Source: an uncultured Chloroflexia bacterium
Lineage (GTDB): Bacteria; Chloroflexota; Limnocylindria; Limnocylindrales; CSP1-4
DNA length: 64,000 nt
Reading direction: 5' to 3'
Assembly (NCBI GenBank): GCA_963700245.1
Contig: CAVOWV010000011.1
Span: 99,405 to 163,404, forward strand
Shown: in pieces, positions 1-10,927 of the stretch
Numbering within the stretch: position 1 is the stretch's first letter
Layout: each line of letters begins with the position of its first letter
Translations under genes and position numbers: made by a program
Notes under the pieces: generated by a model
Databases searched by the model: none
Told to the model about the DNA's origin: nothing
The model's input: only the letters and a program-made list of their open reading frames with translations

Positions 1-513
1 CGTGACCACGTCGAATGCCCGGACCCGGTCCGAGGCGATGCCCAGGGTCCGTGCCAGCGGGCCGACGCCGCCTCCCGTGGTGTACCCGACGACCCCGACG
101 CCTGGCGAGGAACCCGCCAGGGCCGCCAGCCCGTGGGCGCCCGCGGCGTCGAGCACGGGTTGCCAGGTCAGGCCGGCACCCACCCGTGCCCACCGCTCTT
201 CGGGGTGCACGACGCACTCGGACAGCCCACGGGTGAGCACGAGCAGCGCGCCATCGAGGTCGTCCATGGCTCCGTGGCCAGTGCACTGGACGGCGACGGA
301 CAGCGATTCGGCGGCAGCGAACCGCAGCGTCCGGGCGATGTCCTCGGCATTCGCAGCCTCGATCACGGCGAGCGGCCGGCTGGCCACCGAGACATTCCAG
401 GGCATCGCGAGTGCCGCGTAGCGCGGATCCTCCGGGTACGCCACGGACGAGACCTGCGCGGCCAGACCGCGCACGTCGGGCGCGGCGGTGGACGGAGCAA
501 CGGGGTTTGACAT
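1..513 (-). CDS. FAD-binding (PCMH/FAD-linked oxidase type) oxidoreductase, N-terminal part; gene runs off window start
   Basis: Minus-strand frame from ATG at 511-513 (RBS ggaggtg just upstream) gives MSNPVAP...RPLAVIEAANAEDI...GGGVGPLARTLG, typical of the FAD-binding domain of BBE/VAO-like oxidases; not in ORF track because no stop lies in the window. Confidence 0.55.
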   Translation of the reverse strand, partial: MSNPVAPSTAAPDVRGLAAQVSSVAYPEDPRYAALAMPWNVSVASRPLAVIEAANAEDIARTLRFAAAESLSVAVQCTGHGAMDDLDGALLVLTRGLSECVVHPEERWARVGAGLTWQPVLDAAGAHGLAALAGSSPGVGVVGYTTGGGVGPLARTLGIASDRVRAFDVVT

Positions 514-749
514 GTGAGACACCTCCTGCCAGCGGAATCTCACGGGCGGGACGCCCGGGACGAAGTGAAGCGCGTTGCCGTTAACGGCGGCATCTTAGCC
601 TCGGTCCGCCACCGGTACAACGGTCGAGCAGGCGCCCCACGACCCCGAACCGCAACCCAACGATCACCACCGGGGTTCCTGCCCGCCGGGGCCCGATTGC
701 GTACCGTTCCGCCCCCACCCTCGCGGGGGTGCGCAGGTGGAGAACAGCC

Positions 750-3700
750 GTGGCCCAGACCCGTACCCTGTACGAGCCGTCCACCGAGCACGACGCGTGT
801 GGGTTCGGGTTCGTGGTGGACATCGCCGGCCGGCCCGTCGCACGCCATCGTCCGGGACTGCCCTGACGGTCCTCGTCAACCTGGAGCACCGCGGCGCCGC
901 CGGGTCCGAGGCGAACACCGGCGACGGCGCCGGCATCCTGGTCTCCATCCCCCGCCGCTTCCTGGCCGCGGCCGCTGCCGGGGCGGGCATCGGCCTCCCC
1001 GAGGCGGGCTACGGCGTCGCGATGGTCTTCCTCCCGCGCGACGAGGCGAGCCGTGCCGGCGCCATGGAGCGTTTCGAGCGCGTGCTCGGTGACGAGGGCC
1101 TCGAGATCCTGGGCTGGCGCGACGTCCCCACGGACCTCACCGGTCTCGGCCCCAGCGCACGTGCCAGCCAGCCGGTCATCGTCGCAGGCGTTCATCGCAC
1201 GCCCGGAGGGCCTCGCCCTCGGCCACGACGAGGACCTCGCCTTCGAGCGCCGCCTGTACGTCGCCCGCCGCCTGGTCGAGAAGGCCGTCGGCCGCAGCGC
1301 CCTGCCCGGCCGGGCGGACGTCTACATCCCGTCGATGTCCTGCCGGACGATCGTCTACAAGGGGATGCTCAACGCCTCCCAGCTGTTGACCTTCTACCCC
1401 GACCTGCGCGACGAGCGCTTCGAGAGCCCGCTGGGCCTCGTCCACTCCCGCTTCTCGACCAACACGTTCCCATCGTGGTCCCGGGCGCACCCGTACCGCT
1501 ACATCAGCCACAACGGCGAGATCAACACGCTGCGCGGCAACGTGAACTGGATGTTCGCCCGCCAGTCCACGTTCCGGTCGACGGTGTTCGGCGAGGACCT
1601 CAACAAGATCCTGCCGGCCGTCGACGTGGACGGCTCGGACACCACGATCTTCGACAACGTGCTCGAGCTGCTCCACCTGTCGGGGCGGAGCCTGGCCCAC
1701 ACGATGATGATGATGGTCCCCGAGCCGTGGAGCCGGGACCCGTCGATGTCCCCGGAGCGCCGCGCGTTCTACGAGTACCACTCGTGCCTGATGGAGCCCT
1801 GGGACGGCCCGGCGTCGCTGGCGTTCACGGACGGCGTGCGGGTCGGCGCGACGCTGGACCGCAACGGCCTCCGCCCCGGCCGCTACTCCGTGACCCGCGA
1901 CGGGCGCGTCGTCATGGCCAGCGAGGCGGGGGTCCTGGACATCCCGCCCGAGGACGTGATCGCCAAGGGCCGCCTCCAGCCCGGCCGGATGTTCCTCGTG
2001 GACACGGAGCAGGGCCGGATCATCCCCGACGACGAGCTCAAGGCGGCGATCACCGGCGCGCACCCCTACGAGGAGTGGGTCCGCGGGTCCCTCGTCAAGC
2101 TGGCCGACCTGCCCGCCCCGGAGACCGTCATCCTCCCCGACCACGAGACGGTCCTCCGCCGCCAGGAGGTGTTCGGCTACACCACGGAAGACGTCCGGCT
2201 GATCATCAACGAGATGGCGACCACGGGCGCGGACCCGATCGGCTCCATGGGCAACGACGCCCCGCTGGCCGTCCTCTCGGAGCGTCCCCAGCTCCTCTAC
2301 AACTACTTCAAGCAGCTCTTCGCGCAGGTCACCAACCCGCCGGTGGACGCCATCCGCGAGGAGATCATCATGGCCACCGACCGGTCCATCGGGCCGGAGG
2401 CCAACCTCCTGGAGCCGGGGCCGGACGCCGCCCACCAGGTGGCGCTCCCCTCGCCCGTGATCTCCAACGCGGAGCTCGAGACGATCCGAGCGCTGGATGG
2501 CGGGCCCGACAGCCATGGCTTCCGCACGATCACCCTGCCGATCCTGTTCAAGGTCGCCGAGAACGGTTCCGGTCTCCGGCGCGCCATCGAGGACCTCCGG
2601 CGCCAGGCATCGGAGGCCATCGCCGAGGGCTACAACCAGGTCATCCTCTCCGACCGTGGGCACACGGAGACCGACGCGCCCATCCCGGCCCTCCTGGCGG
2701 TCAGCGCGGTCCATCACCATCTCGTGCGGGCCGGCACGCGCGGGCGGGTGGGCCTGCTCCTGGAATCCGGTGAGCCGCGTGAGGCCCATCACTTCTGCCT
2801 GCTGATCGGGTATGGCGCCTCCGCCATCAACCCGTACCTCGCCTTCGAGACCATCGACGACCAGGTCCGGCTGGGCGTCATCCCCGGCCCCACGGAAGCC
2901 GCCGAGAAGCGCTACCGCAAGGCCGCGACCAAGGGCGTCATCAAGGCGATCAGCCGGATGGGCATCTCGACGGTCCACAGCTACCACGGCGCCCAGGTCT
3001 TCGAGGCGATCGGCCTCAACCGGGACTTCGTCGACGAGTACTTCACCTGGACGCCGACCCGGATCGGCGGCATCGGCATCGAGATCGTGAGCAAGGAGGT
3101 CAAGGCGCGCCAGGACCGCGCGTGGCCGCCCGGCCGCCCGATCGTCCACGAGCAGCTCCCGCCCGGCGGCCAGTACCAGTTCCGCGCCGACGGCGAGAAC
3201 CACCTGTTCAACCCGCTCACCGTCCACACGCTCCAGAAGGCGGTCCGCACCGGCGACTACTCGATCTTCAAGGACTACAGCTCGCTGGTGGACGACCAGA
3301 GCGCCCGCCTCGCCACCCTGCGCGGGCTCCTGGAGCTGCGGCCCGCCCTCCGTCCCGTGCCCATCGACGAGGTCGAGCCTGTCGAGGCCATCGTGCGCCG
3401 GTTCAAGACCGGCGCGATGTCCTACGGCTCCATCTCCGGCGAGGCCCACGAGACGCTCGCGATCGCGATGAACCGCCTCGGCGGCAAGTCCAACACGGGG
3501 GAGGGCGGCGAGGATCCGGCGCGCTACGAGCCGCTGCCCAACGGCGACTCGAGGAGCAGCGCCATCAAGCAGGTGGCATCGGGCCGCTTCGGCGTCACGA
3601 GCGAGTACCTCGTCAACGCCCGCGAGATCCAGATCAAGATGGCCCAGGGCGCCAAGCCCGGCGAGGGCGGCCAGCTGCCGGGCTCCAAGGTCTACCCGTG

Positions 3701-5360
3701 GATCGCGCGGACCCGGCACTCCACGCCCGGCGTGGGGCTCATCAGTCCGCCACCGCACCACGACATCTACTCCATCGAGGACCTCGCGCAGCTCATCTAC
3801 GACCTCAAGAACGCCAACCACCAGGCCCGGGTCAGCGTGAAGCTCGTGGCCGAGGTGGGCGTCGGGACGGTGGCGGCGGGCGTTGCCAAGGCGCACGCGG
3901 ACGTGATCCTCATCTCGGGCCATGACGGTGGGACTGGCGCGTCGCCGCTCACCTCCATCAAGCACGCCGGTGTGCCGTGGGAGCTGGGTCTCGCCGAGGC
4001 CCACCAGGTCCTGCTCATGAACGACCTGCGCAGCCGCGTGGTGGTCGAGGTGGACGGGCAGCTCAAGACCGGCCGCGACGTGGTCGTGGGCGCGCTGCTG
4101 GGCGCCGAGGAGTTCGGGTTCGCGACGGCACCCCTGGTGGCGATGGGCTGCGTGATGATGCGCGCCTGCCACCTCAACACCTGCCCGGTGGGCGTGGCCA
4201 CGCAGGACCCGGAGCTGCGCAAGCGGTTCGCCGGCGAGCCGGAGCACGTCGTCAACTTCATGACGTTCATCGCCCGCGAGGTGCGCGAGCACATGGCCCG
4301 CCTGGGCTTCCGGACGATGGACGAGATGATCGGCCGGTCCGACCGCCTGGAGATGCGTCCGGCCGTGGACCACTGGAAGGCGCGCGGGCTGGACTTCAGC
4401 CGGATCCTCGCCCTCCCCGACGTCCCGGGCACCTACGAGGGCCGCCGGACGATCCCCCAGCAGCACGGGCTGGAGTCGTCGCTGGACGCCACGACCCTGC
4501 TGGAGCTTGCCGCGCCCGCGCTGACCGAGGGCCTGCCGGTACGGGCCACGCTCCCGATCCGGAACACCAATCGGACCGTCGGCACGATGCTCGGCTCCGA
4601 GGTCACGCGGCGATGGGGCCGCGAGGGCCTGCCGGACGACACGATCGACCTCACCTTCACCGGGTCCGCGGGCCAGAGCTTCGGCGCGTTCATCCCGCGC
4701 GGCGTGACGCTGCGGCTGATCGGCGATGTCAACGACTACGTCGGCAAGGGGCTGTCGGGCGGCCGGATCGTCGTCCGCGTCCCGCCCGAGGTCCCGTACG
4801 ACACGCACCTCAACGTCGTCGCGGGCAACGTGGCGCTCTACGGCGCGACCGCCGGCGAGCTGTTCATGGAGGGCGTCGCGGGCGAGCGGTTCGCGGTCCG
4901 CAACTCCGGGGCGACCGCGGTGACCGAGGGCGTGGGCGACCACGGCTGCGAGTACATGACCGGCGGGCGGGTGCTCGTGCTGGGGCGGACAGGGCGCAAC
5001 TTCGCGGCGGGCATGAGCGGCGGCATCGCCTGGGTGCACGACGAGGACGGGACGTTCGCCGCCCGCTGCAACCAGGAGATGGTGGGGCTGGAGCCCCTGG
5101 CCGACCACCCCGAGGAGGCGGCGGAGGTCCGCGAGCTGATCGAACGGCACGCCGAGCTCTGCCGGTCCGAGCGGGCCGATGCGCTGCTCGCTGACTGGGC
5201 GGCCGAGCTGCCGCGCTTCGTGCGCGTCATCCCCCACGACTACCGGCGCGTCCTCGAGGCACAGGCGCGTCTGCGTGCGACGGGGCTCTCCGACGACGGG
5301 GCCGAGATGGCCGCCTTCGAGGAGAACATCCGCGACCTCGCCCGGGCGGGAGGGGCCTGA
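750..5360 (+). CDS. gltB: glutamate synthase large subunit (GltB), with two apparent +1 frameshifts near nt ~837 and ~858
   Basis: Frame A from GTG750: [29 protein letters not shown] (Ntn amidotransferase, catalytic Cys at 798-800); continues in frame B (SHAIVRD), then frame C ([27 protein letters not shown]...) to 5360; FMN and GXGXG domains present. Confidence 0.9.
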
Positions 5361-6835
5361 TGGGCAAGCCGACGGGCTTCATCGAGATCCAGCGGCGCTC
5401 GCAGCCGTCACGCCCGCCGCTGGAGCGCATCAAGGACTGGAGCGAGGCGCACCCGCACCTGCCCGACGAGGACCTGCGGGCCCAGGGTGCGCGCTGCATG
5501 GACTGCGGGATCCCGTACTGCCACACGGGCCAGCTGATCGGCGGCATGGCCTCGGGCTGCCCGATCAACAACCTCATCCCGGATTGGAACGATCTCGTCT
5601 ACCGCGGCCACTGGCGCGAGGCGTCGATCCGCCTCCACGGGACCAACAACTTCCCCGAGTTCACCGGGCGCGTCTGCCCGGCGCCCTGCGAGGGCTCGTG
5701 CACCGTGGGCCTCAACGGCGACCCGGTCACGATCAAGACGATCGAGCAGGAGATCGCCGATCGCGCGTGGGACGAGGGCTGGATCATCCCGACGCCGCCC
5801 CTGACGCGCACCGGCCGGACGGTCGCCATCGTGGGTTCCGGGCCGGCAGGGCTGGCCGCGGCCGACGAGCTCAACCGCATGGGCCACCTCGTCACGGTCT
5901 TCGAGCGCGCGGGACGCGTCGGCGGACTGCTGATGTACGGCATCCCGAACATGAAGCTGGACAAGGACGTCGTCGATCGCCGGGTTCGGCTGATGGAGGC
6001 GGAGGGCGTCACGTTCCGCACGGGCGTCTCCGTGGGGGCGGACGTGTCCGCGGAGGAGATCGAAGCGACCTATGACGCCGTCGTGCTGGCCACGGGGGCG
6101 ACGGTGGCCCGCGACCTGGCGGTGCCGGGCCGCGAGCTGGGCGGCATCCACCTGGCGATGAGCTTCCTGCGTGGCAACACGCGCCGCCTGCTGGACGGCG
6201 GGACCGATGCCGAGGCGCCGATCGACGCCGCGGGCAAGGATGTCGTGGTGATCGGCGGCGGCGACACGGGCACCGACTGCGTCGGCACCTCCATCCGCCA
6301 GGGCGCCCGGAGCGTCCGCCAGCTGGAGCTCCTCGCCCGGCCGCCGCTGTCGCGTGCAGCCGACAACCCGTGGCCCGAATGGCCCAAGGTCTACAAGATG
6401 GACTACGGCCAGGAGGAGGCGGCGGCGCTCTGGGGCGAGGACCCGCGGCGCTACTCCACCACGACCCGCCGGTTCATCGGCAGGAACGAGCGGGTGGCGG
6501 CCCTCGAGATCGCCGACGTCGCCTGGCAGCCCGGCCCGGACGGACGCGTTGCGATGCGCGAGGTCCCGGGCAGCGCGCAGACGATCCCGGCCGACCTGGT
6601 GCTCCTGGCCCTGGGCTTCACCGGCCCGGAGCCGGCCCTGCCACGGGCCTTCGACTGCGAGCTGGATCCGCGCGGCAACGTGCGGACCGGCGACGACCGC
6701 ATGACGACCGTCCCCGGCGTGTTCGCGGCCGGCGACTGCGTGCGCGGCCAGAGCCTGGTTGTCTGGGCGATCCGCGAGGGTCGTGCGGCCGCCGAGGGCG
6801 TGGACCGGTACCTGTCGCGGGTCGTCCAGCGCTAG
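5360..6835 (+). CDS. gltD: glutamate synthase small (NADPH) subunit GltD
   Basis: ATG overlaps gltB stop (ctgATGg); CMDCGIPYC and CPAPCEGSC Fe-S motifs; VAIVGSGPAGLAAA FAD/NAD Rossmann motif. Confidence 0.9.
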   Translation: MGKPTGFIEIQRRSQPSRPPLERIKDWSEAHPHLPDEDLRAQGARCMDCGIPYCHTGQLIGGMASGCPINNLIPDWNDLVYRGHWREASIRLHGTNNFPEFTGRVCPAPCEGSCTVGLNGDPVTIKTIEQEIADRAWDEGWIIPTPPLTRTGRTVAIVGSGPAGLAAADELNRMGHLVTVFERAGRVGGLLMYGIPNMKLDKDVVDRRVRLMEAEGVTFRTGVSVGADVSAEEIEATYDAVVLATGATVARDLAVPGRELGGIHLAMSFLRGNTRRLLDGGTDAEAPIDAAGKDVVVIGGGDTGTDCVGTSIRQGARSVRQLELLARPPLSRAADNPWPEWPKVYKMDYGQEEAAALWGEDPRRYSTTTRRFIGRNERVAALEIADVAWQPGPDGRVAMREVPGSAQTIPADLVLLALGFTGPEPALPRAFDCELDPRGNVRTGDDRMTTVPGVFAAGDCVRGQSLVVWAIREGRAAAEGVDRYLSRVVQR

Positions 6836-7713
6836 TTGGAGCTGCCTGCCAGGCCCCGCCGATCCACCGCGAACGGGGCGAGCCGCGCGCCGAGCAGCCT
6901 CAGCTCCCGGTCGAGCAGCGCGTCGATGTCGCGCAGCCGCTCGTCCGCGCTCGCCGCCTCCAGGAGCGCCTGGCGGCGGTCCGGCTCCACCTGGACGATG
7001 CCCGTGAGCAGGAACGACAGCGCCGATGGGTCCTCCGGGATCCGGAGGACCACGCGAACGGCGTCCGGGTCGTCCACGGGGACCGGTTGCGTGACCGTCT
7101 CGTCGAGCGGGACCTCGTCGGGCCAGCGGGCACCGGCTCCTTCGTCGCCGTCCTCTCCGTCTGGGCCTGCTTCATCGCCGGCATCGGCGTCACCGTCGTC
7201 ATCGGCGTCGTCGCGGACCTCCTCCGTCTCGACCTCCATCTGGACGTCGATGGGCTCCGCCGTCTCCCCGTCGCGCGGCTGGAGCAGCCGCAGGTAGGAC
7301 ACGAACCGGCGCATCACGCGGTCGACCAGCTCCTCCGTCCCGGGGTCGTCGGTCTCGGCGGGCTCATCCGGGTAGGGCTCCACGTCGGCCACGAGGTAGG
7401 GGGCGAGCTCCGTGTGCACCTCGCGCACCAGGAACCGTGCCGTGCCCACGGCCAGGACATCCCAGCGGCCGTCCGCGTGCTTGCTGGCTTCGCGGATCTC
7501 GGCGAAGGTGCCCACGCCCGCGATGGACAGCTCCTGGCTCCCGCCAGTGGGGGGCGCAACCTCGCTGCCCTCGCGGATCAGCACCACGCCGAACGGCGAG
7601 GAGGAGTCCAGGCAGCGGCGGACCATCACCCGGTATCGCTCCTCGAAGACGTGGAGGGGGAGTGCGATGCCGGGCGCCAGGACGGTGTGGAGCGGGAACA
7701 GCGGGATCTGCAT
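6832..7713 (-). CDS. Lon N-terminal (LON substrate-binding/PUA-like) domain protein with long polyacidic insertion
   Basis: MQIPLFPLHTVLAPGIALPLHVFEERYRVMVRRC matches Lon-N domain; ~60-aa D/E-rich low-complexity insert (EEVRDDADDDGDADAGDEAGPDGEDGDEGAG); 4-nt convergent overlap with gltD. Confidence 0.7.
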   Translation of the reverse strand: MQIPLFPLHTVLAPGIALPLHVFEERYRVMVRRCLDSSSPFGVVLIREGSEVAPPTGGSQELSIAGVGTFAEIREASKHADGRWDVLAVGTARFLVREVHTELAPYLVADVEPYPDEPAETDDPGTEELVDRVMRRFVSYLRLLQPRDGETAEPIDVQMEVETEEVRDDADDDGDADAGDEAGPDGEDGDEGAGARWPDEVPLDETVTQPVPVDDPDAVRVVLRIPEDPSALSFLLTGIVQVEPDRRQALLEAASADERLRDIDALLDRELRLLGARLAPFAVDRRGLAGSSN

Positions 7714-7738
7714 CGGCCTGCGGCCAGCCTAACGGAAA

Positions 7739-7761
7739 CGCCGCCGGGGATGCCGGCGGCG
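7739..7761 (-). terminator. GC-rich hairpin followed by T-rich tract on minus strand, downstream of the Fe-S carrier gene; a second hairpin sits at ~7789-7809
   Basis: cgccgccgg-ggat-gccggcggcg inverted repeat; minus-strand transcript continues ...tttccgtt. Second perfect IR cgcgaggtg-gct-cacctcgcg 16 nt after the stop. Confidence 0.45.
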
Positions 7762-7824
7762 TCGAAGTGAGATCTGATCCGGTTGTGGCGCGAGGTGGCT
7801 CACCTCGCGGGCGCTAGCGGGGCG

Positions 7825-8241
7825 TCAGTGCGAGCAGGAGCGCGGCGTGCCTTCGCCCTCCGCCGTGCGGAAGCTCGAGCCGCAGCCGCAACCGGAGACC
7901 GCGTTCGGGTTGTTGACCGTGAAGCCCGCGCCCATGAGCGTGTCGACATAGTCGATCTCGGCGCCCTTGATGAGCGGGACGCTGTTGCTGTCGATGTACA
8001 CGCGCACGCCGTTGGAGTGGAGGACGTTGTCCTCGGCGGTCGGCTGATCCTCGAGCATCATCCCGTAGCGGTAGCCCGAGCACCCACCGGAGTACACGTA
8101 CACCCGCAGACCGATGTCCGGGTTCGTCTCCTCCTTCGTCAGCTCGGCCAGCTTGCTGGCGGCGGCGTCGGTGAGGGAGACGACCGCGGGCTCGGAGACG
8201 ACCAGGGGCTGGGCGTCGACCGTCGTCTGGGCGTCGATCAT
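7825..8241 (-). CDS. A-type iron-sulfur cluster carrier (HesB/IscA/ErpA family)
   Basis: Internal ATG (M25 of ORF 7825..8313) preceded by aaggag; GGCSGYRYGM...GCGCGSSF cysteine motifs typical of IscA/ErpA. Confidence 0.85.
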   Translation of the reverse strand: MIDAQTTVDAQPLVVSEPAVVSLTDAAASKLAELTKEETNPDIGLRVYVYSGGCSGYRYGMMLEDQPTAEDNVLHSNGVRVYIDSNSVPLIKGAEIDYVDTLMGAGFTVNNPNAVSGCGCGSSFRTAEGEGTPRSCSH

Positions 8242-8619
8242 GGAACGGTCTCCTTGAGGGGGTCGCTGGCTCCGCTCCGGACCGGGCGCGGGCACAGGAC
8301 CGATCGTACGCACCGCAACGGATTTCGTCCAGCACCCCCGCCGAAACCCGCGCTGTGGGCCGGGTGCGGGTGGCAGGACGGGCGGCCCTGGGCGGGCGGG
8401 CTGGTCTGGGGGCCCGGTGCGGGTGGCCCGCCGCCCAAAGCCGCGTCGGGTCAGGGCCGTGGTCGGCGTCGGGCCGCCGTGCGGACCATTTGTCGCCCGT
8501 CATCGACGCCTCGTCCTCGCGAGCGGCCCGCAGACCGCGGATGCGCCCCATCGGGACCCTTTGGGCCGGCCGTGCGGGCAGCGTGTAGGGCGTCGGCGAC
8601 GGATGGTCCGCCATGCGGC

Positions 8620-8700
8620 CGCCGAGCCGGAGATGCGGCCACAGAGCGGGAACTCGGCCACACAGCGGGAGACGCGGCCACACAGCAACTGCCACGCAGC
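8620..8700. repeat. three imperfect ~19-bp tandem repeats (cggccaca[c/g]agcggga core)
   Basis: gagatgcggccacagagcggga / actcggccacacagcggga / gacgcggccacacagcaa read directly in the 450-bp intergenic region between thiolase stop and Fe-S carrier start. Confidence 0.5.
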
Positions 8701-8763
8701 TGGATCTCGGCCGGCGACGCCTCTGCGCCGGGCGCACGGCCCGGGCCGTCGACCGGCCCTGGA

Positions 8764-9993
8764 TCAGTCCTCGGTGCGCTCCACGATCGTCGCGATCCCC
8801 TGCCCCACGCCGATGCACATCGCCGCCAGGCCATACCGCCCGCCGGTGCGCTCCAGCTCGTGGACCAGCATCGTCATGAGGCGCGCGCCGGACGCCCCCA
8901 GCGGATGGCCCAGGGCGATCGCCCCGCCGTTGGGGTTCACGCGTGCCGGATCGAGGCCCAGCTCGTCCATGCAGGCCACCGACTGGCTCGCGAAGGCCTC
9001 GTTGAGCTCGATCACGTCGAGGTCGGCTGCCGTGAGCCCGGCCCGCGCCATCACCTTGCGAACCGCGGGCACGGGGCCGATGCCCATCACGTCCGGGTGC
9101 ACGCCGGCCACGGCCGTGGCGATGATCCGGGCCATCGGGCGCAGGCCGAGCTCGCGGGCCCGGTCCGCCTCGGCCAGGAGCAGCGCAGCCGCGCCGTCGT
9201 TGATCCCGGAGCTGTTCCCTGCCGAGACCGTGCCGCCTGCGCGGAAGGCCGGCTTGAGGGCGGCGAGCGCCTCGGCCGTCGTGTCGGGGCGGGGATGCTC
9301 GTCGCGGTCCACGACCGTCACGGCCCCCTTGCGGCCGGGCACGGATACCGGGACCAGCTGCGACGCGAACCGCCCCTCCGCGATCGCCGCGCCCGCCCGC
9401 CGCTGGCTCTCCAGCGCAAACGCGTCCTGGCGCTCGCGCGACACGGCGAACTGGTCCGCCACGCACTCGGCGGTCTCGCCCAGCGAGATCGGCGGGTAGG
9501 CCTCCTGCATCCGGGGGTTCACGAACCGCCAGCCGAGCGTCGTGTCCTCCAGCGTCCGCTGGCCGCGGTCGTACGCCGCCTCCGCCTTGAGCATCACGTA
9601 CGGCGCCCGCGTCATGGACTCGACACCACCCGCGATGAACACGTCCCCGTCGCCGGCCCCGATCGCATGCGCCGCGGAGTTGACCGCCTGGAGGCCGGAT
9701 CCGCACAGCCGGTTGACGGTCTGGCCCGCGACCTCCACCGGGAGCCCGGCGAGGAGCGCCGCCATGCGCGCGACGTTGCGGTTGTCCTCGCCCGCCTGGT
9801 TGGCGCAGCCGAGGACCACGTCCTCCACGACGGCGGGGTCGATCCCCGATCGATCCACGATCGCCCGGATCACCAGGGCGGCGAGGTCGTCCGGGCGAAC
9901 GGTGCCCAGAACTCCGCCATAGCGCCCGATGGGCGTGCGGACGGCGTCGATGATCCAGGTCTGCCGGTGGGAGCGGTCGAGATGTCGGGCCAT
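8764..9993 (-). CDS. acetyl-CoA C-acetyltransferase (thiolase)
   Basis: [24 protein letters not shown] (active-site Cys), C-terminal CIGVGQGIA thiolase signature; TACAAT box 6 nt upstream of ATG. Confidence 0.85.
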   Translation of the reverse strand: MARHLDRSHRQTWIIDAVRTPIGRYGGVLGTVRPDDLAALVIRAIVDRSGIDPAVVEDVVLGCANQAGEDNRNVARMAALLAGLPVEVAGQTVNRLCGSGLQAVNSAAHAIGAGDGDVFIAGGVESMTRAPYVMLKAEAAYDRGQRTLEDTTLGWRFVNPRMQEAYPPISLGETAECVADQFAVSRERQDAFALESQRRAGAAIAEGRFASQLVPVSVPGRKGAVTVVDRDEHPRPDTTAEALAALKPAFRAGGTVSAGNSSGINDGAAALLLAEADRARELGLRPMARIIATAVAGVHPDVMGIGPVPAVRKVMARAGLTAADLDVIELNEAFASQSVACMDELGLDPARVNPNGGAIALGHPLGASGARLMTMLVHELERTGGRYGLAAMCIGVGQGIATIVERTED

Positions 9994-10066
9994 GCCCGAA
10001 TTGTAGGAGTCCGGAGCGCCTCCGCCCGGCCCTTGTCGCCTCTCCCCGCCTCGCCGCGAACCCCGG

Positions 10067-10892
10067 TCAGCGACCCGTCCAGGCCGGCGTGCGCTTCTCG
10101 AGGAAGGCGATCATGCCCTCGCGCTGGTCCTCGGTCCCGAACAGGGCCTCGAACCGCTCACGCTCGAAGTGGAGCCCCTGCGCCAGCGACATGCCCTGCG
10201 CGGCGACGACGGACGCCTTCGCGGCGGCCACGGCGAGCGGCGGCTGCGCCGCGATCCTGCCGGCCAGCTCCAGCGCCCGCTCCAGCGTCTCGGCCGCCGG
10301 AACGACCAGCGAGACGAGGCCCCACGCCTCCGCCTCCCTGGCGCCGAACCGGCGCCCGGTGAGGACCAGCTCCATCGCCCGCGCCTTGCCGATCGCCCGC
10401 GTCAGCCGCTGCGTGCCGCCCGCGCCGGGAATGACCCCGAGCCTGATCTCGGGCTGGCCGAACTGCGCGTTGTCACCGGCGACGATCATGTCGCAGGCCA
10501 TCGCCAGCTCGCAGCCCCCGCCCAGCGCCCACCCCCGGACCGCGGCGATGACCGGGGTGTCCAGGTGCCCGATCCGGTCCAGCGGGGCGAACGGGTCGGC
10601 CTCCCGCAGCTCGCGCGGTGAGCGGCCGGCCAGCTCCCGGATATCGGCGCCGGCGGCGAACGCCTTCTCGCCCGCGCCGGTGATCACGATCGCCCGGCAG
10701 GTGGGATCCTCGTCCAGCACCGCGAGCAGGGAGCCCAGCTCCGCCACCATGCGCGAACGACAGCGCGTTGTGGGCCTCCGGCCGATCCAGTGTCAGCAGC
10801 GCCACGGACTCCAGCGGTCCCTCGCCCGCCGGGAAGTCGATGCGCACGAGCGGCAGCTCGTCGATCGGCTGGTCGAGGTCGTCGTCCGTCAT
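10067..10892 (-). CDS. enoyl-CoA hydratase (crotonase family), apparent 1-nt frameshift near ~10750
   Basis: N-term (ORF 10473..11231 frame) [20 protein letters not shown]...[13 protein letters not shown], then frame of ORF 10067..10750 [36 protein letters not shown]...[11 protein letters not shown]; aggagg RBS before ATG 10892. Confidence 0.8.
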
Positions 10893-10927
10893 CGCGAGGC
10901 CTCCTGGCAGATCCCGGGCTCGTGCGG

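Noticed and set aside
737-2773. ORF 737..2773 (678 aa, 'MENSRGPD...') as a separate gene
   Set aside because: After its first ~60 residues (which carry genuine GltB sequence [12 protein letters not shown]...) the frame degenerates into Pro/Arg/Gly low-complexity sequence out of frame with gltB. It is explained by the gltB frameshifts.
1176-5237. 1353-aa minus-strand ORF antisense to gltB, plus other very long ORFs (7783..10362 +, 10790..12973 +, 14607..16319 +, 20185..21675 +, 17460..19007 -)
   Set aside because: All are antisense or out of frame relative to genes with clear conserved motifs. Their translations are Arg/Gly/Pro/Ala-rich low-complexity sequences typical of stop-codon-poor high-GC DNA. 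None has an RBS or recognisable domain.
750-5360. gltB as a genuine pseudogene
   Set aside because: The two closely spaced +1 shifts belong to a window-wide pattern of single-base indels in many essential-type genes. They are treated as probable sequencing/assembly error pending read evidence.
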